Shown here in pieces: positions 27,659-40,200 of a stretch of DNA of 64,000 nucleotides (its first letter is position 1; each line of letters begins with the position of its first letter). The position numbers and the translations under genes were made by a program. The notes under the pieces are model-generated. The model was not told where the DNA came from. It was given only the letters and a program-made list of their open reading frames with translations, and ran no database searches. The DNA is from Sphagnum compactum. Its lineage: Eukaryota. Where the stretch lies: positions 9,414,213-9,478,212 of the forward strand of contig OZ234493.1 in the NCBI GenBank assembly GCA_965153455.1, written 5' to 3'.

Positions 27659-30227
27659 CACTATTAAAAATTAGCCAAAATGTAACCATTATATTTGTGA
27701 CCATTTGCAACTACCTTTGGACATTTTTTGCAACTATTTTTTGATGTTGGTCATATTTGCAACTACATTACAATTAGTTGTGATTATTTTGATTTTCATC
27801 CTTTCATGTGAACAACATTAAATTTGATTTTCATCCAAGAAGAACAATTTATGTCACATTACTTCCAAATGTGATCAATTTAGTCGCAACCTATGAATAT
27901 ACAAAGGTGTATTTTGTGTATTCTAAGGGGTATAATTGGGTTTGTTAAAATTTATAAATGTACACTTTGAATGTATATGAACAATCATACTACATGTGTA
28001 TTCAAGGATTATTATTAACATCAAATGATCTCAATATTATGGTTACACTGGGTGTATGTTTTGAGTATATATTAAAGTTATATGTAACATATTTACTAAA
28101 TATTTTGAGGCCATATTACAAGTTTATCCAAGCTATTTTATTATACTTCATAAATTAATTATAAATGAAAATTATTATTATTATTAAAAATTTACCTCCT
28201 TCTAATAATAATACAATTATTTAATATTATCTCTGACTAAAACTAAAAAATAATATAATTTTTTTACATGATGATGATGATGATGATGATATTAATATGC
28301 TAGAAATAATAATAATCTAATTATTGAAAGCAAAACCATTATGCCTAGTAAAATTATTATTATTATTCGATATTTATAACTTTACAACAATTATAAAAAT
28401 TGACATATTAATAAAAATGCAAAAAACAAAATTTAACCTAACTTAGTTAATACTTTTAATAATAGTTTGATTATATTTTAATATTTATTTATTTACAAAA
28501 TTTACTATAATCATGAATTTAAAATCTAATAAATTATTGTATAATTATTGAAATTATTTTCAAATGACTAATGTACTTATTAAAATTTATTTTTATTTAC
28601 AAAAAAATAATTAATTATTCTAATAAACCATAATAGCTATAACAAGTGACATTAATTATATATAATTAACCAAGGCTAGCTAAAAATTACATTATTTTTA
28701 TTAGTAATCGATTACTGAAATATATATTCATTTTTAAAGTTATTATTTTATTATTTATAATAATTATTGTAATAGTTTGTAAGGAAATAAAAAAGATTAT
28801 TATGTAAATGTAGAATTTTTTTTCAAAGGACAAATACACTTTTTTTATAAAAAAATCTATTATTAAAAAATTCAATATTTATTAAAATATTTCCTAAATA
28901 GCTATAACAACTGAAATAATAATATCAATAATAAAAATAGAATAACTTTGGATATCAACTAGCTACAATAATAATTCAACGACTATTATTATTATTCTTA
29001 AATATCTAATTTTATATTTATTATTATCTATAAAAATGAAAAAATAATGGGAATAACTATAATAAAGTAGCTAGCCTTGGCTAGCTTCTAGTTAAATTAT
29101 TATATTTTTAAATTTTAAATTTGAATATTATTAATTAATTGCTGTATATTTCAATATGAGCCAATTATTAGTTAATTAAATTGGTTGATACATTATTATG
29201 GTAAATATCTAATTAAAATTAAATATTTATTTAATTTTTAACTACAATATAATATAATTAGTTAGTTGGTTAGTTTATTAGTTAGTTTTTTTAATGAATT
29301 AAAGTTTTATTTATTTATTTATTAGTGAACTAATTAGCTAGTTAAATAATCATTTACCTACCTAATTACATATATTTCAAAAAATTAAATGAGGACAATG
29401 ATATGGAATAAACTTTTTAATCATAATAGTTTGCAACTAAAAGGTTTATTCCATATGTTTTGGCTTTCATTTTCATCTTGAAAAATATATAAATAAGGTG
29501 TTTTGTTTTACATTTTCATATTAAAAAACACGTGTATATGGGATGAGCCATTAAAAGGGTTAGGCCAAAATAAAATATAAATATTCATGTATTTACACAT
29601 AATTTACTTACCTCCTTAACTTACTAACCTACCTAAGTAGGTATTTAATCTAAGTAGGTAAGTAGGTCCTACCCAGATAGGTGTCTAACTTAAATAGATG
29701 GGTATGTAGATTTTACCTACTTATTTACTTACCTATGTAGTTAGGTTAGCCTAGGTGGGTAGGTAAGTAGGTAGGTATTATCTTCCTACCTACCTAGTTC
29801 GGCCTACACATTTAAATATTTACTGAAATTAATTTTGGAAAAATCAATTAATATGTCATGTGACAAATATCATGTCACAATTTAAGACTGTCCAAGCATA
29901 AAAACTAAATGCCTTAGATTATTTCAAAATTATAATAGAAATATTGAAATTATTAAAAGTTGGGACACATGGAAACACATCACTTGCTCCCATTGTTCAC
30001 CAAAAAAGTCGCATCTTAGTTGCAAGCGAGAATACGTATATGGTTAGTAAAAGGATGAAGGTGTATTTCATTGATTTTTTATTTCATCCAAAAAACCTTG
30101 TCAATTGTGACTAATGTCACATGCAATAGCTTGTCCAACACGATTATTAAAATTTTAGTCGCAAATGTTGCATGTAACTAGAAATTAATCGCAGGGACCA
30201 ATTGCAAAATGGCCATTTTCTACTATT
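27659..30227. mobile_element. Possible non-autonomous CACTA element with extremely AT-rich interior
   Basis: Left CACTATTAAAAATTAGCCA vs right reverse complement CAATAGTAGAAAATGGCCA, with subterminal TTGCAACTA repeats at both ends. No matching TSD. Confidence 0.4.
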
Positions 30228-31526
30228 GCCCTTCATCATTTTTAGGTATTGCACAAAAAAAAATGAAGAAAACCACAACCTCCATAAATTTATTTTGTAT
30301 AAATTTAATCGTAACTTACAAGAATAAATAACAAAAGTATGAAGGTACGAAATTTAACCCAAATGTCCACATTTTTATTCAAAGATTTTCATATAAAAAT
30401 GAGAAAAAATCCTAAAACTAATGACATCTCACAAAAAAAGGTTTATTAAAAGTGTAAGTTAAAATGATTTTTTTTTCCTTTGTACACCTCAATCATCATT
30501 TGCCTCAATAAACTTGGACTCATTGATTTGGTGGGAAAACATCACAACAAAAATTGATAATGTTAAATATTGAATTTCATCATTGGAGCTAGGACATTTA
30601 ACTCCTTAGTTAATTATCGCCTTTAACACACTTTTGTACGTCAACAGGAGCTACATATGATGAAGCAACATGTTATTGAATTACAGTTACAACTTCTTTT
30701 GAACCTCCTTCCCCAATTCATTGTAAAATACGTCTTTTCCCACTAGCCAGTTGGTCATAAGTCTTACAAATTAAAACAAAAGAAAAAAAGACATAGTCAC
30801 AAAAACATAAGAAAAATATAGAAAAATAAATAATAATATTAGAAACAAAATATTAAAATTTCAAATTGTCAAAACAAAAACCAAGGTTCAATTGTTTTCT
30901 TCTAAAAAGTAGAAATTAAAAAATCCAGTTTTCTTCTTATTTTAAAAAAGAAAAACATAAAAATAGAAACTAAAATTCAACCTTCTTTTTCTGCACAAAA
31001 GGAAAAAAAATCAAATTTATTCTTCCTTAGTTTCTTTTTCTTTTCTTTTCTCCTTTCTTCTTCTCCTTCCTTTGTTCCTTTTATGGTTTCCTATTTTTTC
31101 CTCCTTCTTCCCCAATTTCTTTTTTCTTTCTCTTGAACCCAAGAAAATTTTCTTCTTTTCTCTCCTTCCTTAAAAAGTAAAAAAAAACCAAAAAACATTT
31201 CTTCTTTTTTCTCCTTCCTCAAAACAAAATTAAAAAAAAGTTAGCAAGGTTTAATGTTTATGTCCTGCAAGTGATGACGATGATGATGACACCCTCCAAT
31301 GGCACTCCCCCATAGTGGTGACTACTCTTATAAAATAAACCAACTAGAACCACCAACAAAAAAAACTTTTAAAAAGATGATGGCAATGGAAGGACACCAT
31401 TGTTGGGGTGTCTTTGAACTCCTTTGATGACAAACACATCTTCTATATTGAAAACAAAAAGAAAACAATGATGAGCTAATGCTTATCATGTTTTGTAAGA
31501 AGGAACAAAGAACAACAAAAAATAAC

Positions 31527-31760
31527 ACAAACTTAAGGCACACATTAAGTAACATTAATCAACAAACTTAAGTTAATGTGTGCCTTAAGTTTGTTTATTT
31601 TTAAGTTTGTTTAATGTGTGCCTTAAGTTTGTTTAATTTTTGACTTGGCATGTCAAGTTAAGGTGATGTCAAGTCAAGTTAAGTTAAGTTAAACAAACTT
31701 AACTTGACATGCCTCGCCTTAACTTAACTTAAGGCGAGGCATGTCAAGTTAAGGTGATGG
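31527..31760. repeat. Cluster of nested perfect inverted repeats
   Basis: 22-bp arms at 31527-31548 / 31573-31594 and 25-bp arms at 31698-31722 / 31729-31753 (6-nt spacer), plus extra direct copies of both arms. Confidence 0.9.
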
Positions 31761-31969
31761 TATACAAGCCTCGTGCATTTAACCCCAAGTTCCAGAATTT
31801 CCATACCCAGATTTAACAAAATTTCATGACTTTGTCCATAAGTGCCCCCCAGTTTATAATGGGGGTATTATTAGCCCAGGCCAAAAATGGTGATGAACAG
31901 TTTTGGAACATAGAACAGGGCATGACTTTTACGAATAACTCTATTATCCTTAAAGCAACCTTGTCTGGG

Positions 31970-32063
31970 GGCCTAGTTTGATACCCTGCAACCCCTGTTT
32001 CATCCCCAATTTGAGTGCAGCAGTAAAGAGAGTGAAACTAGGTATTGTGTAATCAAACTGGCC
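31970..32063. mobile_element. Short Tourist-like MITE
   Basis: GGCCTAGTTTGATAC ... GTAATCAAACTGGCC imperfect TIRs. No TAA/TTA TSD seen. Confidence 0.4.
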
Positions 32064-33157
32064 GGGCATGAGTTCACAAGATTTGCAGGACTTATTTGAG
32101 TGATCTGTAAAGTCACGCCCACTTCAGTCCCCTGTCCCATCCCCTAACTGATTTTCACCCCCCTAAAATCGGCCATCCATAAAGTCCCCAGGATTGGGGA
32201 TGGAATTCAAAAAGTGGGGATGTCAGCCAAAAGATAGGGGATGGGATTAGTTTGACCTTTTTTTTTTTACAAATAGTTAAGGCTGGGGCAGATTCGGGGT
32301 TAGGGTGGGCAGTTTTTCCCAACTTTTAAAAAAAGTTTCAGGCAGGTTCTAGGAAAATGTTTTCACTTTTTTTCATTTCGAGCAGAACTTTGGGGGAATT
32401 TCTTTCACACTTTTGTTTTGTTTTGGGCAGACTTGGGGGAGGCTTTTTGTGCCTTTTACACTTTTTTCTTTTTTTTTTCCAAAGATGTTTCAGAGTCAAT
32501 TATTCAAATACTGAATCGGAGCTGGAGGCATGGGTAATGGTGCACCTGCAGCTGGAGGCATGAGTACTGGTGTGCCAGCAGGTGTGCTGTTTTACTCTGT
32601 CAATATGTTTGTACATATATTCATTCCTTGTATTCACGCAGACAAATCTCTATCATACATGTTACAGTTGATGGTCCCCAAACAAGTGAGAGACTATCAG
32701 TTCTTGTTCATACTACTTTGCTTTTGTTTCTTTGTTTTAGTTGACCCCTTCCACATTGTTCCTTTTTCATGGTTTGTAAGTCCTTATATGGAAGTTCAAG
32801 GAAACGTTTTAACCTTGTTTTTTAATTTCTTGATCATGAGTATGGAGATTTTTTGGTTCTCATGAAAGTTATCAAGTTGTATTCAAGTATAGTATAGTGC
32901 CATGAATATTGTACACTAGTTCTTTCAATCCATGTGTGGTCTCTGTTGAAGGCAACTTGTTAAGGAATCTGAATATAGATTAGTGTCTCCATGAGGTCAG
33001 GACATCCAGTGGAATGTCAAGGCTGCTGATGATAACTATTGCAGGCTCTCAATAGGGGCTCTGGCTTCAAGATCTATGGAGGCAACAAAGCACAAGAGTC
33101 CATGACTTGAGAATACAACTACAAAAAGAATATTTTTTTTGCAATTCATATTTCCTA

Positions 33158-33533
33158 TCTTATATATTAATTCAGTAAGTCTGTCTGTGCGTCTGTCTGA
33201 CACGACAATTCTGCTGCAATTCTATGGCAGAACCGGCCTCTGCATTTTCTATGGCAGAACCTGGCAATGCATTTTCCCTAAACCCGTTAAAACAGGGCTT
33301 GGTAATGGGGCGGGAGGGGGCCAGCACGGGCGGGGGGGGGGCCCAGCATGGGGCGGGAAGTTAATTATATATAACAGGGGAACGAGGGGGGGGGAATCAA
33401 CGGGTTAAAGAATCAGAGTGGAAAATGCGAAGGACATGGGGGGGGTCGACGGGGTAAAAAACTGGAGTGGGCAATGGGAAGGACCGGGCGGGGGGGAGCT
33501 CGACGGGTGCATTATGCACCGGGTTCACACTAG
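33158..33533 (+). mobile_element. Non-autonomous Helitron, GC-rich
   Basis: 5' A|TCTTATATATTAA; 3' hairpin GGTGCAT-T-ATGCACC (33506-33520) followed by CACACTAG|T. Confidence 0.85.
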
Positions 33534-33930
33534 TTGGATCTAAATCACGTAGGGATAAGTTTGATTCTATGCTCACAATTGGGCAAAACACCTTATTCTT
33601 GAAGTTCACAGTCTCAAAGTGCCTATCAGGAGTTTGGGTTGTTGGAATTTCTTTGTAAACACAGGTTTTGACATTAGGTTATTAATGTAGGGGGCATAAG
33701 TGGTATGATGGAGCCAGAGAGTGGGCACTTATCATCACATGTGCTAGGTGGAAGTTCCTCAAGGAAGGTAGTCATTTCAAGCAACAAGCGAACAAATTCA
33801 ATAAAAGTTCTGGACTCTTCACAAACTTTGTCAAGTAAGGTGGGTACTGCAGTTAACTTACACACATCATGAGTGCAATGCAGCTCTGTAGTGGCTCCTG
33901 CCGAGCTCAAGAGGGTGGTAACTTGTCATC

Positions 33931-34074
33931 AGTCATCTAACAAAAGAAATTATGAAGCTGCCCTCAAAGGAGTTGAATCTCTCTCTGTTGAGGTAGAGCA
34001 GAAGTCATCTAACAAAAGAAATTATGAAGCTGCCCTCAAAGGAGTTGAATCTCTCTCTGTTGAAGTAGAGCAGA
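33931..34074 (+). repeat. 72-bp near-perfect tandem duplication
   Basis: SSNKRNYEAALKGVESLSVEVEQ is encoded twice; copies start at 33931 and 34003. Confidence 0.95.
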
Positions 34075-34988
34075 GGCAATAATTTAGGGCGTTTTTTTGG
34101 TTGAAGGTGGCCCTTGTTCCATGTATCCTTCCCTTAACCTTTGTGTGATTTCCCCCTGTTTTCAGCAAATTGTAGGGCTCCCTGTCTAGTGTACAGTCCA
34201 GATGGGGGATTTGGTTGATGTGTAAGTTGATGTTTTTTTGTGTTATATTCTGGCACACAACCTTTTTTTCTTCCTCAGATAAGCCTTTTGCCTAGTTGCA
34301 TTTTTGGTTTGGTATTGTTGTTAAAGTCTGCAATACAAATTGTCCATGAGACTTGGTGGGGTAATCTATCTGCTCATGGAGTCAATCCGGATTACTTGTT
34401 TGATAGCATTTCCACGGTTAGCTCTTCAAACTGGGAATGAGGATCTAGAGTAAGATCCTAGATGTCATAAGGCTGTTATTGAATGGCAAAAATTTTGCAT
34501 GAATTTGGTACTAGAAGTTCTTTGTTTTGTAATCTATGAAAGAAACTTTGGAATTGTGTTCCACATTACATCAGACCTTTGGTGATAATAAGAGATTGAA
34601 TGTCAGATATTAGCTTCCATGATTTGAGACTTCTATGTACTGCAGATCTGACATTGTGATATTTTGTTGAATAATTTTGTTGCACATTTATTGTGATCAA
34701 AGCAATTCTTTAATTTGTAGAGTGTCCAAGCTCTGAAATTATTATTTTTTAATTATGAGTTTCTGAACACATGGCATAGGGTTTGTATCATAGGCCTCCT
34801 ATTCCAAATCTTGTTGTGCATTGGGTATAAGTGGGTCCTAATCTCTATGTCATATATCTAGGTGCAAAGTGAGGCAGGACTTTAGGACTTCAAGGCCTTT
34901 GATAATCAGGGCAAACATTGATTTGTACTGGTTCATAGGCTCTTGCTCTCTGAACATTGGTTTCGTAACCCACATGCTTGTTTTGCAG

Positions 34989-36882
34989 GAAAACATTAAC
35001 AAAAAGCACCCATAGTTGCTCTATGAGTCCAAGCTATCCATGGTCCTTCAAAGAGGAAGTGAGTGAGCATCCCATGTTGTTCAAATAAACTATGGCTGGT
35101 CTTGATTGTCCGTCTTTATAATATTGTATGTGATGATACCTTTTGAATGCAAGCAACATCATAATTGAGTCTTCTTGTTGATTTTGGAAATGAGACAAAA
35201 GTCTGGACACAAGTGCTTCTATCTTTGTTTACCTTAAATTTTAAGTTGAAAACGTACAGTTTAGTATTAGTAAAGATTATGGTTGATACTTTGTCAGTAA
35301 AACTTACAATGTTATGACTGCACTCATCTTGTTGTGTATGTTTTGATTTGATTAGAATTGACGCAACTGTTAGCTTTATAATATTATTTTAGGATTTTAT
35401 CTGAAATTGTATAGTTATTTTGTGACTATACCAAGGAAGATGGTCTTGACTGTCTTGTTGTGGTGATGCTCCAGCTGGGATTCCAAACATTAGGTGGTTT
35501 GGGATAGAGGGGGACTACAATGTTTTGGTTCTTGATTTGTTGGGGTGAAGTCCTGAAGACCTATTCAACTTTTGCAGTCAGAAATTATCCTTGAAAACTA
35601 TGCTCATGTTGGCAGACCAGCTAGCAGGTTATTTGTAGCAAGTTTGTTTGCAACAGTCTCTTTACTTCTATCTCAATCCTGTGATGATTAGTTCCTTTAT
35701 ACATTTTTGGTGGCGTGGTTGTCCTAAAATTGTTTGACATTTCCTTGGGTCTGCATCAAGTTGCAACTTTTCTTTGTTAAAATTTTATGCCAATGCTTGT
35801 AGAGAAATCTGAGGTTTAAATTTTAGCATCTGAACCAGCAGTATAGTAGGCCTAAAATGTTGTTTCCCTTGTAGATCAACAGGGTGGAGTATGTTCACTC
35901 AAAATTTCCTTCACTGAGATATCAAACCTGATAACTTCTTGATGGGGCTTGGGAGGTGAGCAAATCAGGTTGCACTAGCTGAAGTATCAAATAAAGCATA
36001 ATCCATCGGTTATATTCAGTCTATAATTTGAGCTGGTATTAGAATGGGAGTTTGGGCAGCTAAGTGGCCGCATTCATGTTAGTTGCTGATAACTGGTTTT
36101 TTTGCAGGTTTATGTCGTTGATTTTGGTCTTGCCAAAAAGCATCATGATCCAACAACACATCAACACATACCTTACATGTTAGGGTTATTTCGGGGTTAA
36201 TTGCAAATTGTTATTTGGTAAAACTTGTCTAATGACCTCACTGATGATATAGGTAGCTTTTGCCTATGGATTTTGCTACATGTGAATGTTCACATTATGT
36301 CATTGACATGTAACATTTCTGGTTGAACTTTAGCCTGGGCAATATTTATTTCTGTTCTTGGTGTGTTGGTTAAAATTAATGAAGTTTAGCTATATGTTTC
36401 CAAGGAGAACAAAAACTTAACAAGAACCGCCCGTTATGCCAACATCAATACACATCTTCGGATTGGTCAGTTGCAACCATGTTGAACTTGCTCCAAATGT
36501 TCTTTTTTCCAGCTGAATTATAGTCTTCTTTGAGGAATTTGTTGTATGATTGAGAATGATGTTCTCTGTGATCTGACAAGTTTCACCTCAATTTATCCAT
36601 AATGGATGCTTGTATGTTTCTTAAAACAGAACAGAAAGGATGACTTGGAATCTCTGGGCTATGTGTTCATGTACCTCTTGCAGGGCAGGTTAGCGTGTTC
36701 CAAGTTTTTTTCTTCTAATTTTAGTCTAAGATGTTGATTTTATTGCAATGATGGATGTTTTCTCTAAAACATTTTTACTATTATTGGTTGTGCTAATCTA
36801 TATTGGCAAGGGTTAAAAGGCAACGACTAAGAATCAGAAATATGAGAATATCAGTGAGAAGAAAATGCCAATTCCAATTGAG
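34989..36882 (+). pseudogene. CK1: Casein kinase 1 kinase-domain pseudogene, seven consecutive exons with introns retained
   Basis: Exons 34989-35058 (ENINKKHP*LLYESKL), 35475-35623 ([33 protein letters not shown]...MLADQL), 35875-35968 (INRVEYVHSK/H*DIKPDNFLMGLG), 36108-36178 ([11 protein letters not shown]...HIPY), 36405-36465 (ENKNLTRTARYA..NTHL), 36625-36688 (KDDLESLGY), 36797-36882 (WQGLK/...KYENISEKK). Stops at 35013, 35546, 35915 and 35957, plus frameshifts and AG>AA acceptors. Confidence 0.95.
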
Positions 36883-37171
36883 GCACTGAAGTGGTTGGAT
36901 ATTTGTCAATTCTACCAGTATCATTTTGTTATTTTTTGTTTCCTGGAGTTCATTTGGGGCCTTTATTTCAGTGGGCAGAATCTATAGCTTGTTGGAAGTA
37001 AAACGATTCCATGCCCCTCTTACAAGAGCATTTAAGCATTAATGGGTTTACCAATCATGCAAGTGCTTTGCAAAGCATACCCATTCCATAGTAAGTATGG
37101 GCTAGCTCTATGAAGCTTGGTTCCATAATATGTACGCATCAGCCCTATGAAGCTTGGCCTTCTAAAGCTTG

Positions 37172-37247
37172 TTCCATAGTACATAAGGGCTAGCCCAACC
37201 AGTCCCATTCCATAGTACATAAGGGCTAGGCCTACCAAGCCCATTCT
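37172..37247. repeat. 36-bp tandem duplication with degenerate upstream copies
   Basis: TTCCATAGTACATAAGGGCTAG...CCCA occurs twice; related TTCCATA motifs at about 37085 and 37121. Confidence 0.75.
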
Positions 37248-40200
37248 ACATGTATGTAAGGGTTGCTGACCCGAGGAGGCATGTTGTGTTAGAAACACTA
37301 AGCTTGTTGTGTTTCGCCTATCCACACATGATGGCCAACATCGAAACTTTCAACAATACCTCAACTGAGTACCCATGTTGATGCAGGAAAAACAAACATG
37401 CAGTGATTTTGGCTATGGCCTTAGCTAGTCCACATTCACACGTGTATTTGGAGCATCATCAAAAGTTCAATGTGGACCTAACATATGTTGGACATCTCGC
37501 AACTTAAGGATTTAAAAGCTTCATGTTTTATTGTGTCCCACATGGGAATGAGTGGTTTTGTCTTTTACATGCTACCTTAGTATCATGGACAAGAAAGTCA
37601 AGCCATTATTTTTCCACCACATCCATAATTTTTCCCTCCCCCAAAAGCAAGAGTAAAATGTAGGTGGAAATAATCATCAAACGCACCTCAAATAGATCAA
37701 TGCTTGAAATGGGAATATATAGATAAAATATGTAACATTTAACTAATTAATTTACTAATGCCTTGAACCCAATTAACTAGAGATTTTTCAATAATTTTTT
37801 TAATAAGTTTTCTAAAAAAAACCTAGTAAACAAACTTCACCCTTAGTAAACATTTACACCACATAGTGAACCATTTTCACCAATGAAGGTAAGGGCAATG
37901 AGATTATAGTGAACTTAATTCACTTTTATGGTTGCACAGTGAAATAGCCTAGTGAATTACACCACACTTTCCTAGTAGTGTTTTGACATTAAGATACATG
38001 TGCCATTTTGGATTGAGCTCAAAAAAGCTTAACCTATTTAGGTAAAACATAAAATAAAATAAAAAATTTCATGGTTATTCTTTAGTTCACTTAGTCTTGT
38101 GATTTCCTACCTATTTACATACCTAGGTAAGTAAGTAGGTAGGTAGGTCGTATGTAAGTATGTAGATATATAAGTTTTAAAACCTACCAACCTACTTAGC
38201 TATATATATATATATATTCCAAAATATAATTAATATGCCATGCGGAAAATTTTATTATGCCACATGTCACAATCTCAAACAATAATTAACAATCATAATG
38301 GACGATGAAGATCAATATTTCGAAAGAAAAATTATGTCCAAAAATTTCATAGTGCCACGTATTAGATTTGAATAGATGAATGACAATTAATGACATCAAC
38401 ATAACATCATGGGTGCAGTTATAATGGAGTTGCATAGTAATTGAAAATGAGTTGTTTTGAAAAAATTGCAATTGAGTTGCAATGAGTTGCACCATATATA
38501 TGATGAGTTGCAATTCTACAATTCATGCAACTTGTCTATTAACACTCATGACGTATAATATAGTTAGTTGCAAATGTCCGATGCAACTCAAAAATTAAGT
38601 TGCAAGTCTAGTTGCAAAAGACTTTTTTTTTTCATTGTGACAAGAAGCTCTACCACAAATTCATGTTCTCACTTTCCCAGTAAAAGATCTGTTATCATTT
38701 TTAAACAAGTACCATGATGTCATTTCCTTCACATAAATGAAAAGGAAGAACTAAAGACTTGAACCCTAATCTTTAGCTATAATCCACTTGAACCTCACAA
38801 ATGCCAACCTCTTTAAACCAAAACAAAATGGACCTACTACTACATACCACCACCAACGCCCCTTTAAGTAGTTGTGTTTCTAGGTCATTCCACCATTATT
38901 GCACTTGGGTCACGCTCCACTGCCATTGTGGTTCTCCTTGTCCAATAGGACTTGTAAAAATACAAACCCACAAGCAATGGATGGAGCTTTTAAGAAAGAA
39001 AAAACGTTTATAAAAAAAAAGAAAAGAAATTCAAAGAGGGGAAAAAGTTGTGTGTATGATTGAATGTTTCTCCAAGAAAAAGACAAGCTTCTCGAAGAGA
39101 GAAAAAAGTTCTTCTAAGAAAAAGAAAGTGTTTTTGTGAGAAAAAGATAATGCCTTTGAAAGAGAGCCTTTAAGTAAATGAATATCACTTTTGTGAAAAT
39201 ATAGAATGCTTATGAGAGAGAGCTTATGGGTGAGCAAAGTTGAAAGCTAGGTTGGGCAAGAAAACAATTGGGAATCGAGTTCCAACGAGATTAGGTTCAA
39301 GTGTAGACACAAAATAAAATAAGGGAATGAAATTAGTTTTTACATTAATTTTGGTGCAAAAATTTGTTACATCCCCTATTACGCATTCCAACTTTTACTG
39401 TGACGAAATTGGGCATTATCATCCCCTAATTACAAATTTTTATGAAAAACTTTGACAATCTTTTATTTAAGGAAAAATGCAAACAAAAGTGATGATACAA
39501 GTAAGGCAAATCCAAAACTTGGATGAAACTTTTGTGAAAACCAATTAGGTGAAAAAACCAATTTGGTCCCTTCTTTTCTACCCTATGTACAACTTTCATC
39601 TTGACTTTTGATTTTTTCTTGGGAAATTATGGCAAAACTAAGGCCCAATACCCCCAATTCAAGGTACTTTACAAATAACTTTATTTGTATCGGCATTTAG
39701 CAATGACCTCATTTTTTCACCCTTTTGCGAATGACCATTACAAACCTAGTAAACACTTTTAACCATTCAACCCATTGAACATTTATTTTTTCAAATGAAC
39801 TTGTGTGACCAAATCTAATAATGCCCATAATAATTCGATTATGAAATAGTTTGTGAACAAGGTCATGCATGATTCATAACCTAATGTTATTAAAATGTAC
39901 CCCCTCCCCCCTTCTTTTTTGTTAAAAGAAAGGTTGGGAAAAATCAAAATAAATCGCCTAAATTTTGCTCTAGGATTTTATGGAAGCCCCAAAAAGCTAT
40001 TGTATTAGAAAAAAATAAAATTGTCCCTTGATGTTTTGCCAATTATTTCTTGCTTCTATATTATGGGTGGTTAAGATTACTTTATTAGGAATTACATTAT
40101 GGATTCTTTAATATTTTTACCCATGTCGCCATTTATTTTTAACTAAAAAAAAGGAAAGGTTTCCATTTAAAGCAATTATATTTTGAAGGTGTCCCTCATA

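Larger units (their letters stand above)
32521..34082 (+). pseudogene. Casein kinase 1 C-terminal exons (pseudogenic)
   Basis: 33708-34082 reads ...GGSSSRKVVISS...TS*VQCSSVVAPAELKR...KRNYEAALKGVESL, resembling the plant CK1-like tail (GSSRRA.VSSSR...KNYE.ALKGIESL), with an in-frame TGA at 33870-33872. Weaker upstream pieces are at 32521-32581 (GNGAPAAGGMSTGVPA) and about 33045-33130 (TKHKSP). Confidence 0.65.

Noticed and set aside
28150-29350. Extremely AT-rich tract, possible organellar insertion
   Set aside because: No organellar gene similarity; low complexity inside a probable TE.
33708-33725. ATG GAG CCA (MEP) resembling the CK1 start MEPRVG
   Set aside because: It is not followed by the GxGxxG loop; the downstream frame matches the C-terminal tail instead.
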